Of a stretch of 64,000 nucleotides of DNA, positions 1-10,636 are shown piece by piece. The notes below the pieces were generated by a model. It did no database searches and was not told where the DNA came from. It worked only from the letters and a program-made list of their open reading frames with translations. Origin of the DNA: Podarcis muralis (lineage: Eukaryota); NCBI RefSeq assembly GCF_964188315.1, contig NC_135661.1, forward strand, positions 52,638,001 to 52,702,000, in the 5' to 3' direction. A program made the position numbers and the translations under genes. Numbering within the stretch: the first letter of the stretch is position 1; each line of letters begins with the position of its first letter.

Positions 1-1264
1 TAAGTTAAAGTCTCAGACTAGGACCTGGGAGACCAAGGTTTAAATCTCCCACAAAGCTCACTGGGTGACTTTGGGCCAGTCACTGCCACTCAGTCTAGCC
101 TAGCTCACACAGTTGTTGTGGGGTTAAATGAGGAGGCAGAGAACAGTGTATGTCACACTGAACTCCTTGGCAGTATGACCAATGGTCACAGATTATCAGG
201 CAGCTATAGAAGGTATCTGGAAGGCACCAGGCTGAGAAAGGTGGGAAGGCCCATTGCCTTCCCATGCAAGATGACAGCTATGGACAGACAGTTGTGAAAT
301 AAACAAACAGGTGATCAAAACAGCTCCAGGAACAACTCTATAGGGGAAGGCAGCTACAATTTCATGGGCAAATCTGACAAATTTTAATTTCTCATTTAGT
401 TTTTCACATCAGTTTGCAATTCATTGGCATTTCAGTGCAAGTTTCTCCCAGTATGCACATTTTTGCAAAACAATGTTCCTTAATATTTGTATATTAATTA
501 TTATTTGTGTAATTATTTTAACTAATAATATACATTCCTATGTGCACTTTACCCATTTTTTGCAAACATTGCTTGGCTGGAGAATTTCATTGCAAAATTT
601 GGAGAATTATGAATTTGAAGGATGGCCATGTCTTGGTTCACATATTGTTTAGGAAAGTGTGAATGAGTTTAAGCTCACCTTTAAATGTGAACCAAATTGA
701 ATTTCTCCCCCCTCACCAGTAGGGAACCAACTGATGCAGCATCATGCAGAATGAAGTGCTGGGGTTCTGGCCCACAGATTGTAGGTGGGGAGTTGCATTT
801 CCAAGTGCTCCCCAGTGGGGAAAGCTCTTCACAGACAACAAACAAGCACATCAAGCTTAGCACACAGCCTTCTCCCTCAGAGGCAGAGTTTTCTCCACAA
901 TATACTAAGCTTATTACATTCAGGAAACTTATGCTGGGAACATAGAACCAACCAGCTTGACACTCTGGCCCACCTACAGTCTGAAGCACTGTAGCCCAGA
1001 ATTCCATCATCTCAAGTCTGTCTGATGCACAAACTAGACCTTACATTTGAGTAACCCCCACTGAACTCAACACGGCATAAAAATAAACATGTATAAGACT
1101 GGTTAGGTTAGGTACCTGAAAAATACCAGTTGTACACATCACTCTCAGAGACCACTGTGTGGTTTCTGGCCAACAAAGCCCCTGTAAGTTGCGCATGACA
1201 CACAGTGCCCTACAAGGGCTTGTCAAACACCAAACTAGCAGCTCCCGACGTTAGTTGTACTCAC

Positions 1265-1387
1265 AATACTCCAACAGATGAGATGGTTGGTCTCAGGATC
1301 TTCTACCAATGTCCACAGCTTGGTGAGGAACGCTGGTACGTTGCTGGGGTAGCCATCCATAGCCAAGGAAGTGGATGAGTCCTGCAT
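1265..1387 (-). CDS. HSF4: Heat shock factor 4, first coding exon (gene continues off the left edge)
   Basis: Reverse strand reads [41 protein letters not shown] followed by donor GTGAGT. This is the start of an HSF DNA-binding domain. Position next to FBXL8 on the same strand fits HSF4 synteny. Not in the ORF track because it is under 60 aa. Confidence 0.9.
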
Positions 1388-2123
1388 AGTTTTTTTTGTG
1401 GTGCTCTGACTACACTAGTGCCATGATCTCTTGCCCCACAGCAAAGCTCCCTTTCCTTTCTGTGCGTGTGTCAGAGGGAGAAACAAAACCATTTAGCGAT
1501 CCAGGCAGAGCCGAGAAAACATCCTCCTCCCACAAAAATCACATCAGCAATGCTGCTGGCTCTCTCCCAAGCCCAGCACAATGGGCAGGCATGGCCAACC
1601 CTCGGGTTGAACAATGCACAGAATGAAAACGCACCGCTATTTGCATTGCACAATGCCGTGAATAAAGATGCAGCATCATGGAAAGAGAATACACTTGCTT
1701 GCACAAACACAGTAGGCCAGGAGGTCAGCAAAAGCCCTGGAAAGGGCCAAGGGCGGCTCTTTTGCCTTCCCCATGGCACAACTTGGAGGAAGCGATAGTG
1801 GAAGCAGACCTACCTGAAGGCCACCTTAAGTTTTATTTCATTTGTTCTTTCAGCTTCTAGGCTGCTTTTCTCATAGTTTCCAAGAGGACAAACACAGCAA
1901 GGAGAATTCCAACAGTAAGGAAAATGTGTCAAAGTATTTATTACAATAGAGACAATTCACAGTAGCAGAATTGAAGGTGTGCCACCTGGAGACTAGTGTC
2001 ACTAGGCTAAGTGACTGACAGTTGAGGCGGTGAACATCATCCCTGTATGTGCCTCAGAGCCCACCCTCTGCATCTGATGCCCCTGCTCACAAGCAGCTCT
2101 TCCTCCATCAAACCATCAGGTAA

Positions 2124-2368
2124 GGGCTTATCCACACTTACTGTTCCTCTGCTCTTTCCAGGCACATTATGTGATTTAAAGCTCCATGTCTGAGCGCCCC
2201 CCCCCCTTGTTGCTCCAGAGCTCTCCTTGCAAAAACCCGCTCTTTAACACTCAATCAGAGTAAACATCAATCTGTGTAAAACCCGAATTGAAGTTTACTC
2301 TTATTCAGCTCTAAAGAGTGGGTTTTTGCGGGGAAAGCTCAGGGCAAAAGGTAAGTGTGGATAAGCCC
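2124..2368. mobile_element. PIF/Harbinger-type MITE
   Basis: Perfect 18-bp TIR GGGCTTATCCACACTTAC and 3-bp TSD TAA. Confidence 0.8.
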
Positions 2369-3299
2369 TAATTGACTGCAGGAACCTTGGACTCAGCTGG
2401 TTTCAGAGCCATGATCTGCAAATGCAAGAGCCCTAAGCAGATGTCCCAAACTCCCAGTTACATACGGAAGGCAGAGAGATGGGAAGAACTCCATGACTGT
2501 GTTATCACCACCTATCTTCCACAGTGGGAACTGATACATGTAATTCCATCCAGAAATGATGTCCAAAGCTTGGGTGTCTGGACACCATTTCTGGATGGAG
2601 ATACATGCATCAGTTCCCACTAGAAAGTAATGTGCACCCACATCTGCTGCCACAGCTGCACAGCAGAAATTCGAAAAGTGCCATCTTTATGGGAGAGCTG
2701 CATCTATAGGATTTCAGCCTGTGATGCTGCCATTCCAGGCAGCCATCCTCTTGACAAGGATGATAATCGGCACCCTAATCAGGTAGACCTCAAAATTCTA
2801 AGAACCTGAAATAGTGACCTGACACTTTGACTATCCTGGATCAGAGACACTCCTGAAGATAAGTCAGATCTCCAGATCAGAGCTGCAGTCTTCGAACAGC
2901 ATACCTCTAAACCCTGGGTTGCATGTAGCTCAGTTCTACTCAGACCCATCAAATTACTGGGCTCCATTTAGTCACATCCATTAATTTTGATGTGTCTACT
3001 CTGGAATAGAACTTAGCTGCATACAAAATGAGTTCTGCTAAAAACCTATGGTAGGGGAGTTTGGAATGGTATTGCCACCAGAGTCCAGAAAGTGACTGAC
3101 AGACAGTGACTGAAGAACATGTTTCCTTCTTGGCAAGGCTTTAAAAAATACAACAAAGCTTAAAAGTAACTAACACAAACAGACCTTTTACAAACCTCTG
3201 TCAGTCAACTGTAGGACAAGAGAGCTCCTGCTCATTTCTGCCCCTTGAACCATCACACCACCTTGGGCCTACTATGGTTGAGAATAGTTATAGTTATTT

Positions 3300-3600
3300 T
3301 GTTATGGAACAAAATTTGAGAAAGAGGGAAAGGACTTGCTGAAACAATTAATTGAATTAGAATACAAAAAAGGGAGGTGTGAGGAAGTCAAGGAAACAAG
3401 TAAATGAAAGATAAAGATATGAAAATACTGGATGGGTTTTTCTTAAATGTTTTTGTTTTTAAATGTTTTTGTTTTTTCTTTTGTATTTTGCTGTATTGTT
3501 GTTTTTATTGTATTTTTTATTTTTGAAGTATTGTAACTTTTTATTGTTTGTTTTTCTTTTTTCTGTAATTGTTAAGCTTTAATAAATATCATTAAAAAGA
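3300..3600 (+). mobile_element. L1-like 3' UTR remnant
   Basis: A-rich, then T-rich, then AATAAA and a short A run, the same layout as 47850-48311. Confidence 0.5.
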
Positions 3601-3994
3601 GAGAGAGAGAATATATGCTGCAAAATAAAGTTAGGTTCTTACCAAAATAGAATATCAAGTAAAGTGTTTAAAATTGTTTTATGTGCAGATCTTGGTGAAC
3701 TGTGATAAATGCTATCTGTGATGTCTGAGTTGCAGGGGGGATACTAAAATCTGCAGTTGTATAAAATTTAAAATATCCCGTATCCAGGAGACTAAGAGAG
3801 ACTTCAGTGTTATTTCACACTGATTTCAAGTAGTATGCTTTTATCTTCAACTGTTTTTAATCTGTGTCCATATTGTGGCTCTGGAACAGGAGACTCAGTG
3901 GAAACAGCAACAGAGTACTTTTATGCTGTTTATATCAAATAATGTTGCTGCTCTTTCAGGGCACAAGTGCGCATGAACTCTCATTTTGGTCAAA

Positions 3995-4970
3995 TCATGG
4001 AACGACTGCTGGTGGAATATCAAAAGAGAACTTCTGTGCTGACAGGGTGTATTTTTTCAAACCTGGGCAGTGTAAAATAAAAGCTTCTACCACTGCTTCG
4101 CTAACTGCAGAGTAACAGTGAACCTCTTTCAGATGCACACACTTTCCTGCCAGTTCTATTAGTGAAGCGTTGAGGTCAGCAGAGGGGGCGTTGTAAAGGA
4201 CCAGCCTCTCCAAAGTCCTGCTGTAGGTGCTGGCAATGAACTTAACCTGATCGGCCATGTGCAGAGGTGTGTCAAAATGCAAAGCAGCCACGGGGATGGT
4301 TGGCTTCAGTACCACAAGCATCTTCCTTATAGGGACTGTTGGAGCAAACTCCAGCCTCACGCGGAACTGTGGGTGCTTCTCACTCACCATAGCCCAAAGC
4401 TCTTTGGGAATGTTGACGTCCAGGCCTTCATAGAAAAGGTCCAGAAACCGGAACGGCCCTCTGTTTGGTTTCAGCAGTTCCCAAAACATCTTCTCAGATA
4501 AGCTGGCATAGCAGACCCCCAAGGCAGATAACTTAGGGCAGGTCCTCAGAACATCAGAGATGGTGTCTGGCTTGAGAATCATTGGACCAGGTGCTTGGTT
4601 GTTGATGAACAAGGTGTGCAGGTTTGGGCTGCTGGATGCAATCATCTGAACAGTCCCATTGTCCAGAGTGAAAGGCATTTGCCGGAAGTCAATATACTGG
4701 AGATCAATCCCATTCCTGCTCTGGCAGATACTCCGGATGCTATGCAGGACATCTTGGCCGGAATAGAAATAGGGGCTTATTCCCAGGCATACAATACAGA
4801 GCCCCTGCAACCTGCAGCTCCGACATGCCAACATGTCCAAGATGCCTGTGGCTTGTCTCCGGTTCAGGTCCAGGGACTGCTCAACCACCAAATGCAGGTG
4901 TCTGATGAGGCCTAGGAACGGCTGTAGCCACTGCAACAGGCACTCGTCGTCCTCATCCTCTGTGTCAAAA
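3995..4970 (-). CDS. FBXL8-like paralog (divergent copy B), last coding exon, LRR region
   Basis: Acceptor cttatttcAG at 4971-4972. Exon is 1+325x3 nt, open to TGA (FDTEDEDDECLLQWLQPFLGL...CVHLKEVHCYSAVS...PPAVVP). Clear homology to the copy at 13031-14012. Confidence 0.9.
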
Positions 4971-5848
4971 CTGAAATAAGAGGTTGGGGAGAAGTCATGA
5001 ACTCCTGCAGTGCTGAATTTGAGTTGTAGCAGATGAACACTTCTAATATTCCTCTCTGGAACACTGACTAATTTGCATTTCTTCTAGATCTAGGAGCAAG
5101 TTAGACAACTCTACAGCTGTAGCATCACACACACACACACCCGGCAACCTTTTATTTAACTATGTTTAATAGCCTTTCTTCCAAGGAGCTTGAGCTCCAT
5201 GTTTCTTCCCCGCCCCCTTCATTTTACCCTCAGAACAACCCTGTGAGGTGGGTTCGGCTGAGAGATATCGTGACTGTCCTAAGGTCAGCCTGTAAGCATA
5301 ATAGTTTGACCAACTATTAAGTCTGAGCTTTAACCATTTTCAGGTATACTTTGTGCCGCCGCCCCATTTTAGAGGGAGAAATGTACACTTAACGCTAATT
5401 TGGATTTTTCTAGGTATAAACAGTGTGGCTTGGAACATGTTTCAGCTTTCCAGGTTAGAATGAGTCAGGGAGGACCGACTATCCTTGTATTATAATCAGA
5501 CACCTCTAGCAAATAGAGTTTGCACATTCTGTGAGCAAAAATAAATGCTTGTTTGTGGACACTACTGCAAATGTGCACTCAAAACCATGCAGGAAATGGA
5601 ACCCACCAGTTACAATATGCTCTCTGCGCAGCTTGATTTAATCCTGCACTAGAACACTGTCCTCTATTATGACACACACCGTGTTTTTACTGCAAGGTGC
5701 AAAAAAACATTCATAAACAATTTTTGTACTTTTCAGTTAATTGGGGACCTTTGCCAAATTCCTAGGATCTGGCTTTCCAGGAAGTACTCTCACCATTTCA
5801 ATACACCTGTGAAGGTGTCCCAATGTCTTTCATTACACCTATAGCAAG

Positions 5849-6323
5849 TGTCAGGGACTGGCAGGCCACCGCCGAGTGCTCCCTGGGAGCAGGTAGGCTG
5901 GAGTCTGGCACAGGAGAGGGGGCCACTGGTATATGGGAACATAGGCGCCGACTCCATGGGGCCTGAGGGGGCCCGAGCCCCCTCAAAAATTCGATTGGGG
6001 GGGTGGAGCCCCCCCAATAATTTGAGAAAATTATTAGTGCGCGAACCTTCGTGTAAAGTCTGGCGGGCCAGCGCTGCGGCCGCGGCGACATCAAAAGGAC
6101 TGGAGAGTCCCGAGGAGATTGCACGGCGGGGGAGAGAGAGAGGGAGAGAGAGGCAGGAGGTGCACTCGCTCGCCGCGCGCACGCACACGCAAATACAAAC
6201 ACACCGAGGGAGAGGGAAAAGTGGAAAAGTGTTTTGCAGGAGGAGCTGCTGCCGCCGCCGCCGCTGCTGCCAGGACGCGCCAGAGGAGCTGCCGGGTGGG
6301 AGGGGGAATCCGAACGGAACAAC

Positions 6324-6362
<39 letters not shown>

Positions 6363-7304
6363 CAGCAGCAGCGTCTCTGAATGGGCTGGATATTCCTCCT
6401 CAGGCGGCGCTGGCTCTGTGGCTCCCGGGGCCTGGGCGGCAGCAAGCAAAACAAAGGAGCCGCCGACCGAACAGCAGCAGCAGCCGCCTGCCTGCCTGCA
6501 AGCCTGCCTTCTATACCAAGGTCCAGGTTCTTACCCGGTCTACCTGGAAGAAGGCAGGCAGGCAGGCATGGGACGTCCACGCACCCTGGCCTGCTGCCTT
6601 CCTGCCTGCCTGCGGCCGCCTGGCGCTTCTATACGAAGGTACAGGTTCCTACCCGGTCTACCTGGAGGGAGGCGGGCAGGCACGGGGGTCCTGCTCAAGC
6701 AAGGAACCGACGCCTACCCGGCCAACCCGCTGCCTTGAGGCAGGAGCAGCAGCTGCGCGGGGTCTCGCGTTCTCTCAGAGGCTCGCGCTGCTTCTCGCAT
6801 TCTCCCTCCCCCAGGACCCCGGTATGGGCCCCCCCAATATTTTTTATAAGTCGGCGCCCCTGTATGGGAACATGCATCAGCCAGGAGGCAAGAATCAGAG
6901 GCAGGGGAAGCTTAGAAGCTGGAGGGTGGAGCACAGGATGGGTCAGAAGTAGAGGGGGGAAGAGGCAGGTCAGGCAAGTGCAAGGGCCAGGTGCTTCCCA
7001 CCCTCTCGTGCACCACTGTACCCCAGAACTAGGAGGGAATTGAAAAGCGATGAGCAGAGGAAGTTTCCACACAGGCGTAGTCTCCATACATGCAGCCTGT
7101 CAGAGGAAGGCACATAAACTGGTAGAGGGGGAATGCCCCCCCCCTAGTTGCTGCAAGTGCTCCACAGAGCACTAAGCTGCCTAGGTGCTAAATTGGAGTG
7201 CGTAGATATCCAGAGCTGTAGAAGTGTCTGTATTATCTTTGACAATAAATACTTAACTACAGTATCTGATGTGTGCGTTCCTTGGCTGGGAAGTGCCCTT
7301 GACA
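5849..7304 (+). mobile_element. Solo LTR (about 525 bp without the nested insert)
   Basis: Ends TGTCAGGG...CCTTGACA with 5-bp TSD GCAAG (5844-5848, 7305-7309). AATAAA at 7244-7249. Confidence 0.75.
5940..6862. mobile_element. Non-autonomous hAT element with GC/CpG-rich interior, nested in the solo LTR
   Basis: TIRs CATAGGCGCCGACT / AGTCGGCGCCCCTG. Perfect 8-bp TSD TATGGGAA (5932-5939, 6863-6870). Confidence 0.85.
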
Positions 7305-7612
7305 GCAAGAAGGGGAGATTGGGGGCGGGGTTTGCGTGCGTATGACTACTGAGAGTCTCATTCACCTTTAAGTCCATACTGACCGAACTTGTGGAGGAGA
7401 GAACAAGCATGTGCCTTCCAGCAGAGAATGAGAAGGCGGCTTTGAGCCAGGGAACCTGTGGCGTTCCAGATGTTGTCTGGCTACAACTCTCAGCATCCTT
7501 AATGGCTGACCATGCTAACTGGTGCCTGATGAAAACTACATCATCATCATCATCAACAGTAACACACACACACACACACACACGGTTGTTAGCAGGAAAG
7601 GTCAACAATGTA

Positions 7613-7969
7613 CAGTGGTGCCTCGCAAGACAAAATTAATTCGTTCCGCAAGTTTTTTCGTCTTGTGATTTTTTTTCGTCTTGCGAAGCACGGTTTCGGA
7701 AAAGTTTTGGAAAAGCTTCAAAAATCACCAAAGTCTTCAAAAACCTCAAAAAAGGCTACCACACCGCGTGCTATGAGTTGCTCCTCGAAGTCAAGTCGCA
7801 ACTGTATTAACGGTGTTAAGAAAAAGGAAACAAACTTGCAAGACGTTTCCGTCTTGCGAAGCAAGCCCATAGCGAAAATCGTCTTGCGAAGCAACTCAAA
7901 AACCCAAAAACTCTTTCGTCTTGCGAGTTTTTTTGTCTTGCGAGGCATTCGTCTTGCGAGGTACCACTG
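7613..7969. mobile_element. Tc1/mariner (Tigger-like) MITE
   Basis: TIRs CAGTGGTGCCTCGCAAGAC / GTCTTGCGAGGTACCACTG, TA TSD, internal GTCTTGCGA repeats. Confidence 0.85.
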
Positions 7970-8022
7970 TACATGTTCCTTTTTGACCCTACAAGCAACC
8001 AGCTGCAAATGCTGCCTCTTAC

Positions 8023-8186
8023 CCGATTTCTGTAAAATCCCAAACAGAACTGGAATGCACTTCTGTGGCCCAGCGCTCACACACATGCACAACGTTGTAT
8101 CTGTCTCTGGCAGGCAAGAAGGAAAATATGTGGGCCAGAATTTCCCCTGGGATACAGTTCCAAAGGACTTTCACCAGTTTAGGCAT
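8023..8186 (-). CDS. FBXL8-like paralog (copy B), F-box exon
   Basis: ATG at 8186 gives [54 protein letters not shown] + GG|GTAAGA. 164 nt, same length and phase as copy A. Upstream acceptor tgtctttcAG at 8232-8233. Missed by the ORF track. Joined protein is about 379 aa. Confidence 0.9.
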
Positions 8187-8589
8187 CCTCTGGAACAGCT
8201 GACTGAAGACTCTAGAGTGCCGCCTTCCTCACTGAAAGACAATTTCCCAAAGATGAAGGGCATCAGTTCAGTACTGTCAACACTGACTGGCAGCAGCTCC
8301 ACACGTTTCCCAGGATGTGACTACTACAAGCCCTACCTGAAAAGGTCAGGGATAGAACAGCGTCAAAATTAATCCGAATACATCTTCCAAATTTAAAACC
8401 TGAGGCATTGTATTTCTAAGTCAGATTGCATGCACGCTTTCTGAAGCGGTGGGGTGAAACTAAAATGACAAGTTGTAAAGCATGGAACAGATGGGAGAGG
8501 AAGGAATTATTACATCTATAGTCCACCTTTACCCCCAAGGAATTCAAGGTGGCACAAATGGTTCTAGTCCTCTCCATCTTCATCTACAG

Positions 8590-9134
8590 CATGGGTAGGC
8601 AAACTAAGGCCCGGGGGCCAGATCTGGCCCAATCACCTTCTAAATCCGGCCCACGGACAGTCTGGGAATCAGCGTGTTTTTACATGAGTAGAATGTGTCC
8701 TTTTATTTAAAATGCATCCCTGGGTTATTTGTGGGGCCTGACTGGTGTTTTTACATGAGTAGAATGTGTGCTTTTACAGTGGTACCTCGGGTTAAGAACT
8801 TAATTCATTCTGGAGGTCTGTTCTTAACCTGAAACTGTTCTTAACCTGAGGTACCACTTTAGCTAATGGGGCCTCCCGCTGCCGCCGTGCCAGCAGCACG
8901 CGATTTCTGTTTTCATCCTGAAGCAAAGTTCTTAACCCGAGGTACTGTTTCTGGGTTAGCGGAGTCTGTAACCTGAAGCGTCTGTAACCAGAGGTACCAC
9001 TGCGTTTGAAATGCATCTCTGGGTTATTTGTGGGGCATAGGAATTTGTTCATTTCCCCCTCTCAAAATATAGTCCAGCCCCCCACAAGGTCTGAGGGACA
9101 GTGGACCTCTGCTGAAAAAGTTTGCTGACCCCTG
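8590..9134. mobile_element. hAT MITE, inserted in an older SINE
   Basis: TIRs CATGGGTAGGCAAAC / GTTTGCTGACCCCTG, perfect TSD ATCTACAG. Confidence 0.85.
8777..9002. mobile_element. Tc1/mariner MITE nested in the hAT MITE
   Basis: CAGTGGTACCTC...GAGGTACCACTG. Left TA present, right TSD degenerate. Same family as 32433 and 34055. Confidence 0.8.
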
Positions 9135-9779
9135 ATCTACAGCTCTATGAGGTAGGCTGGGCTGACAGCCAGTGACTAAGCCAAGGTCACCCAAGGCTGA
9201 AGCAGAATGACTTGAAACTCCAGAGAAGCAGTCCAGTGACTCCAACCACACAGAGAAACTTCAATTGCATACTTATGTTTTATGTAAACCACTTGAGAGA
9301 GCTTGCCCATTAAATAAATAGCAATAAAGGGAATAATTGCTGAAGCGATGTCACACACACACCCAGGGGTGCCAACCTGAATAAAATATTGGGGGGTGGG
9401 GATGGAGAGCCAGGTAAGTCCCACCCCACAAAAATCGATCACATGACATGGCACACATGCACTATTTGAATGGCAACACCCACCAACTTTTTTGGGGGGG
9501 TGGCCCCCCAAAAAAAATTTCAGGGGAGAGCCCAAAGTACCTCAGCCCTTAGACTCCAACGCGCACAGCCATCTAAAGGAGCTCCCGAGTTTCCTTCCGT
9601 CTAGGTTCACAGAAATTACACAATATGAAATTATCGTTTGATTTCTAATTCTGCAGGGCTGCCCATTTCATGCCACTCAGCGTGTTAGGGAAACCTGACA
9701 GGAGCAAGCACTGGATCCGTCTTAGACAGAAGCGAGTCGGAAACGCCCAGAAAGCAAACGGCACACTTTCCCTGAAAGA

Positions 9780-10130
9780 ACCCTTCACCTTAATCTCGGA
9801 AGCAGCAGGGAAGCCCGGCCAACAGCGCCGCTTGCAGCAACCTGAAGAGCGAGCAACTGCAACGACACCCACCCCGCGCCCAGCAGGAGCCCAGCACGAA
9901 GTGAGCAGGGCGCGCCCGCGCGCGCTCTTTTTCATCCGGAGCTCCGCGTGCCTCTCCCGCCACACCTGCGCGCAATTAACACCTGACCGCGAGGCGGCAG
10001 CCTGAAGTACGCGTGCGCGGGGCGGAAGGGGGGGGGTGAAAGAAGCGCCTCACCTGAAGATTTAACTCTGTCGCTTCCGGGCAACAGGAATTGACCACGA
10101 GGGGTCGCTACGCCGAGAGGACGGTAGAAA
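9780..10130 (-). promoter_or_regulatory. CpG island and probable non-coding first exon of the FBXL8-like paralog
   Basis: Local CpG-dense GC-rich patch. Minus-strand donor CAG|GTGAGG at 10053-10052. ETS-type CCGGAAG motif at about 10073-10079 on the minus strand. Lies about 1.8 kb upstream of the copy B F-box exon. Confidence 0.6.
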
Positions 10131-10227
10131 AGAAACAAAGCAAACTTTGGTCAGATGCTGTACAGTACTTTGTTCTGTGCCCACCTCAGAAAAGGGTGGT
10201 GAGGGCGGCTCCGGCTGTACTTGAAGG

Positions 10228-10636
10228 CAGGGCCGGATTTAGGTTTAGTGAGGCCCTAAGCTACTGAAGGTAATGGGGCCCTTTATATGTCCAGCTGTCC
10301 TTTCCCAACAACAAATTGTCGCTGTTTTTTGTGTTGAATATATGCTATATGGTAATTTATGGACCTAATAGATATCTAAAGTCATTTGCACATAACAAAA
10401 TATGTATTTTATCAAAACAATTGTTGAACTGATACTGAAATACAATTGCCTACATCATAGGAGCCTACACGACACAAAACACTGTTGCTGTTTGTAGGTT
10501 TTATTTTATTTGTTCTTTATCTTATATTTTGGAAATGTACACCCAGGTGCTTTTTTTCTTTAAGTTTTTTTGCGGCCCCCAAGAGAGTGGGGCCCTTAGC
10601 TATAGCTTGTTTAGCTTATACGTAAATCCGGCACTA
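10228..10636. mobile_element. hAT MITE just upstream of the copy B promoter
   Basis: TIRs CAGGGCCGGATTTA / TAAATCCGGCACTA. TSD CTTGAAGG / CTTGGAGG (1 mismatch). Confidence 0.75.

Noticed and set aside
733-1680. 14-mer GATGCAGCATCATG present at 733 and 1667, on either side of HSF4 exon 1
   Set aside because: Several chance 14-mer duplicates are expected in 64 kb, and the flanks do not align.
5790-7087. Six overlapping long ORFs (130-296 aa) on both strands
   Set aside because: They arise from the GC-rich, stop-poor hAT cargo and microsatellites (ERERER, SLSLSL, AAAAA runs). No domain is recognisable and all lie within transposon boundaries.
8232-8275. Upstream out-of-frame ATG overlapping the copy B start (apparent uORF)
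   Set aside because: It lies upstream of the acceptor homologous to that of copy A, so it is probably intronic.
7608-8372. 254-aa plus-strand ORF
   Set aside because: Composite of a Tc1 MITE and the antisense of the copy B F-box exon.
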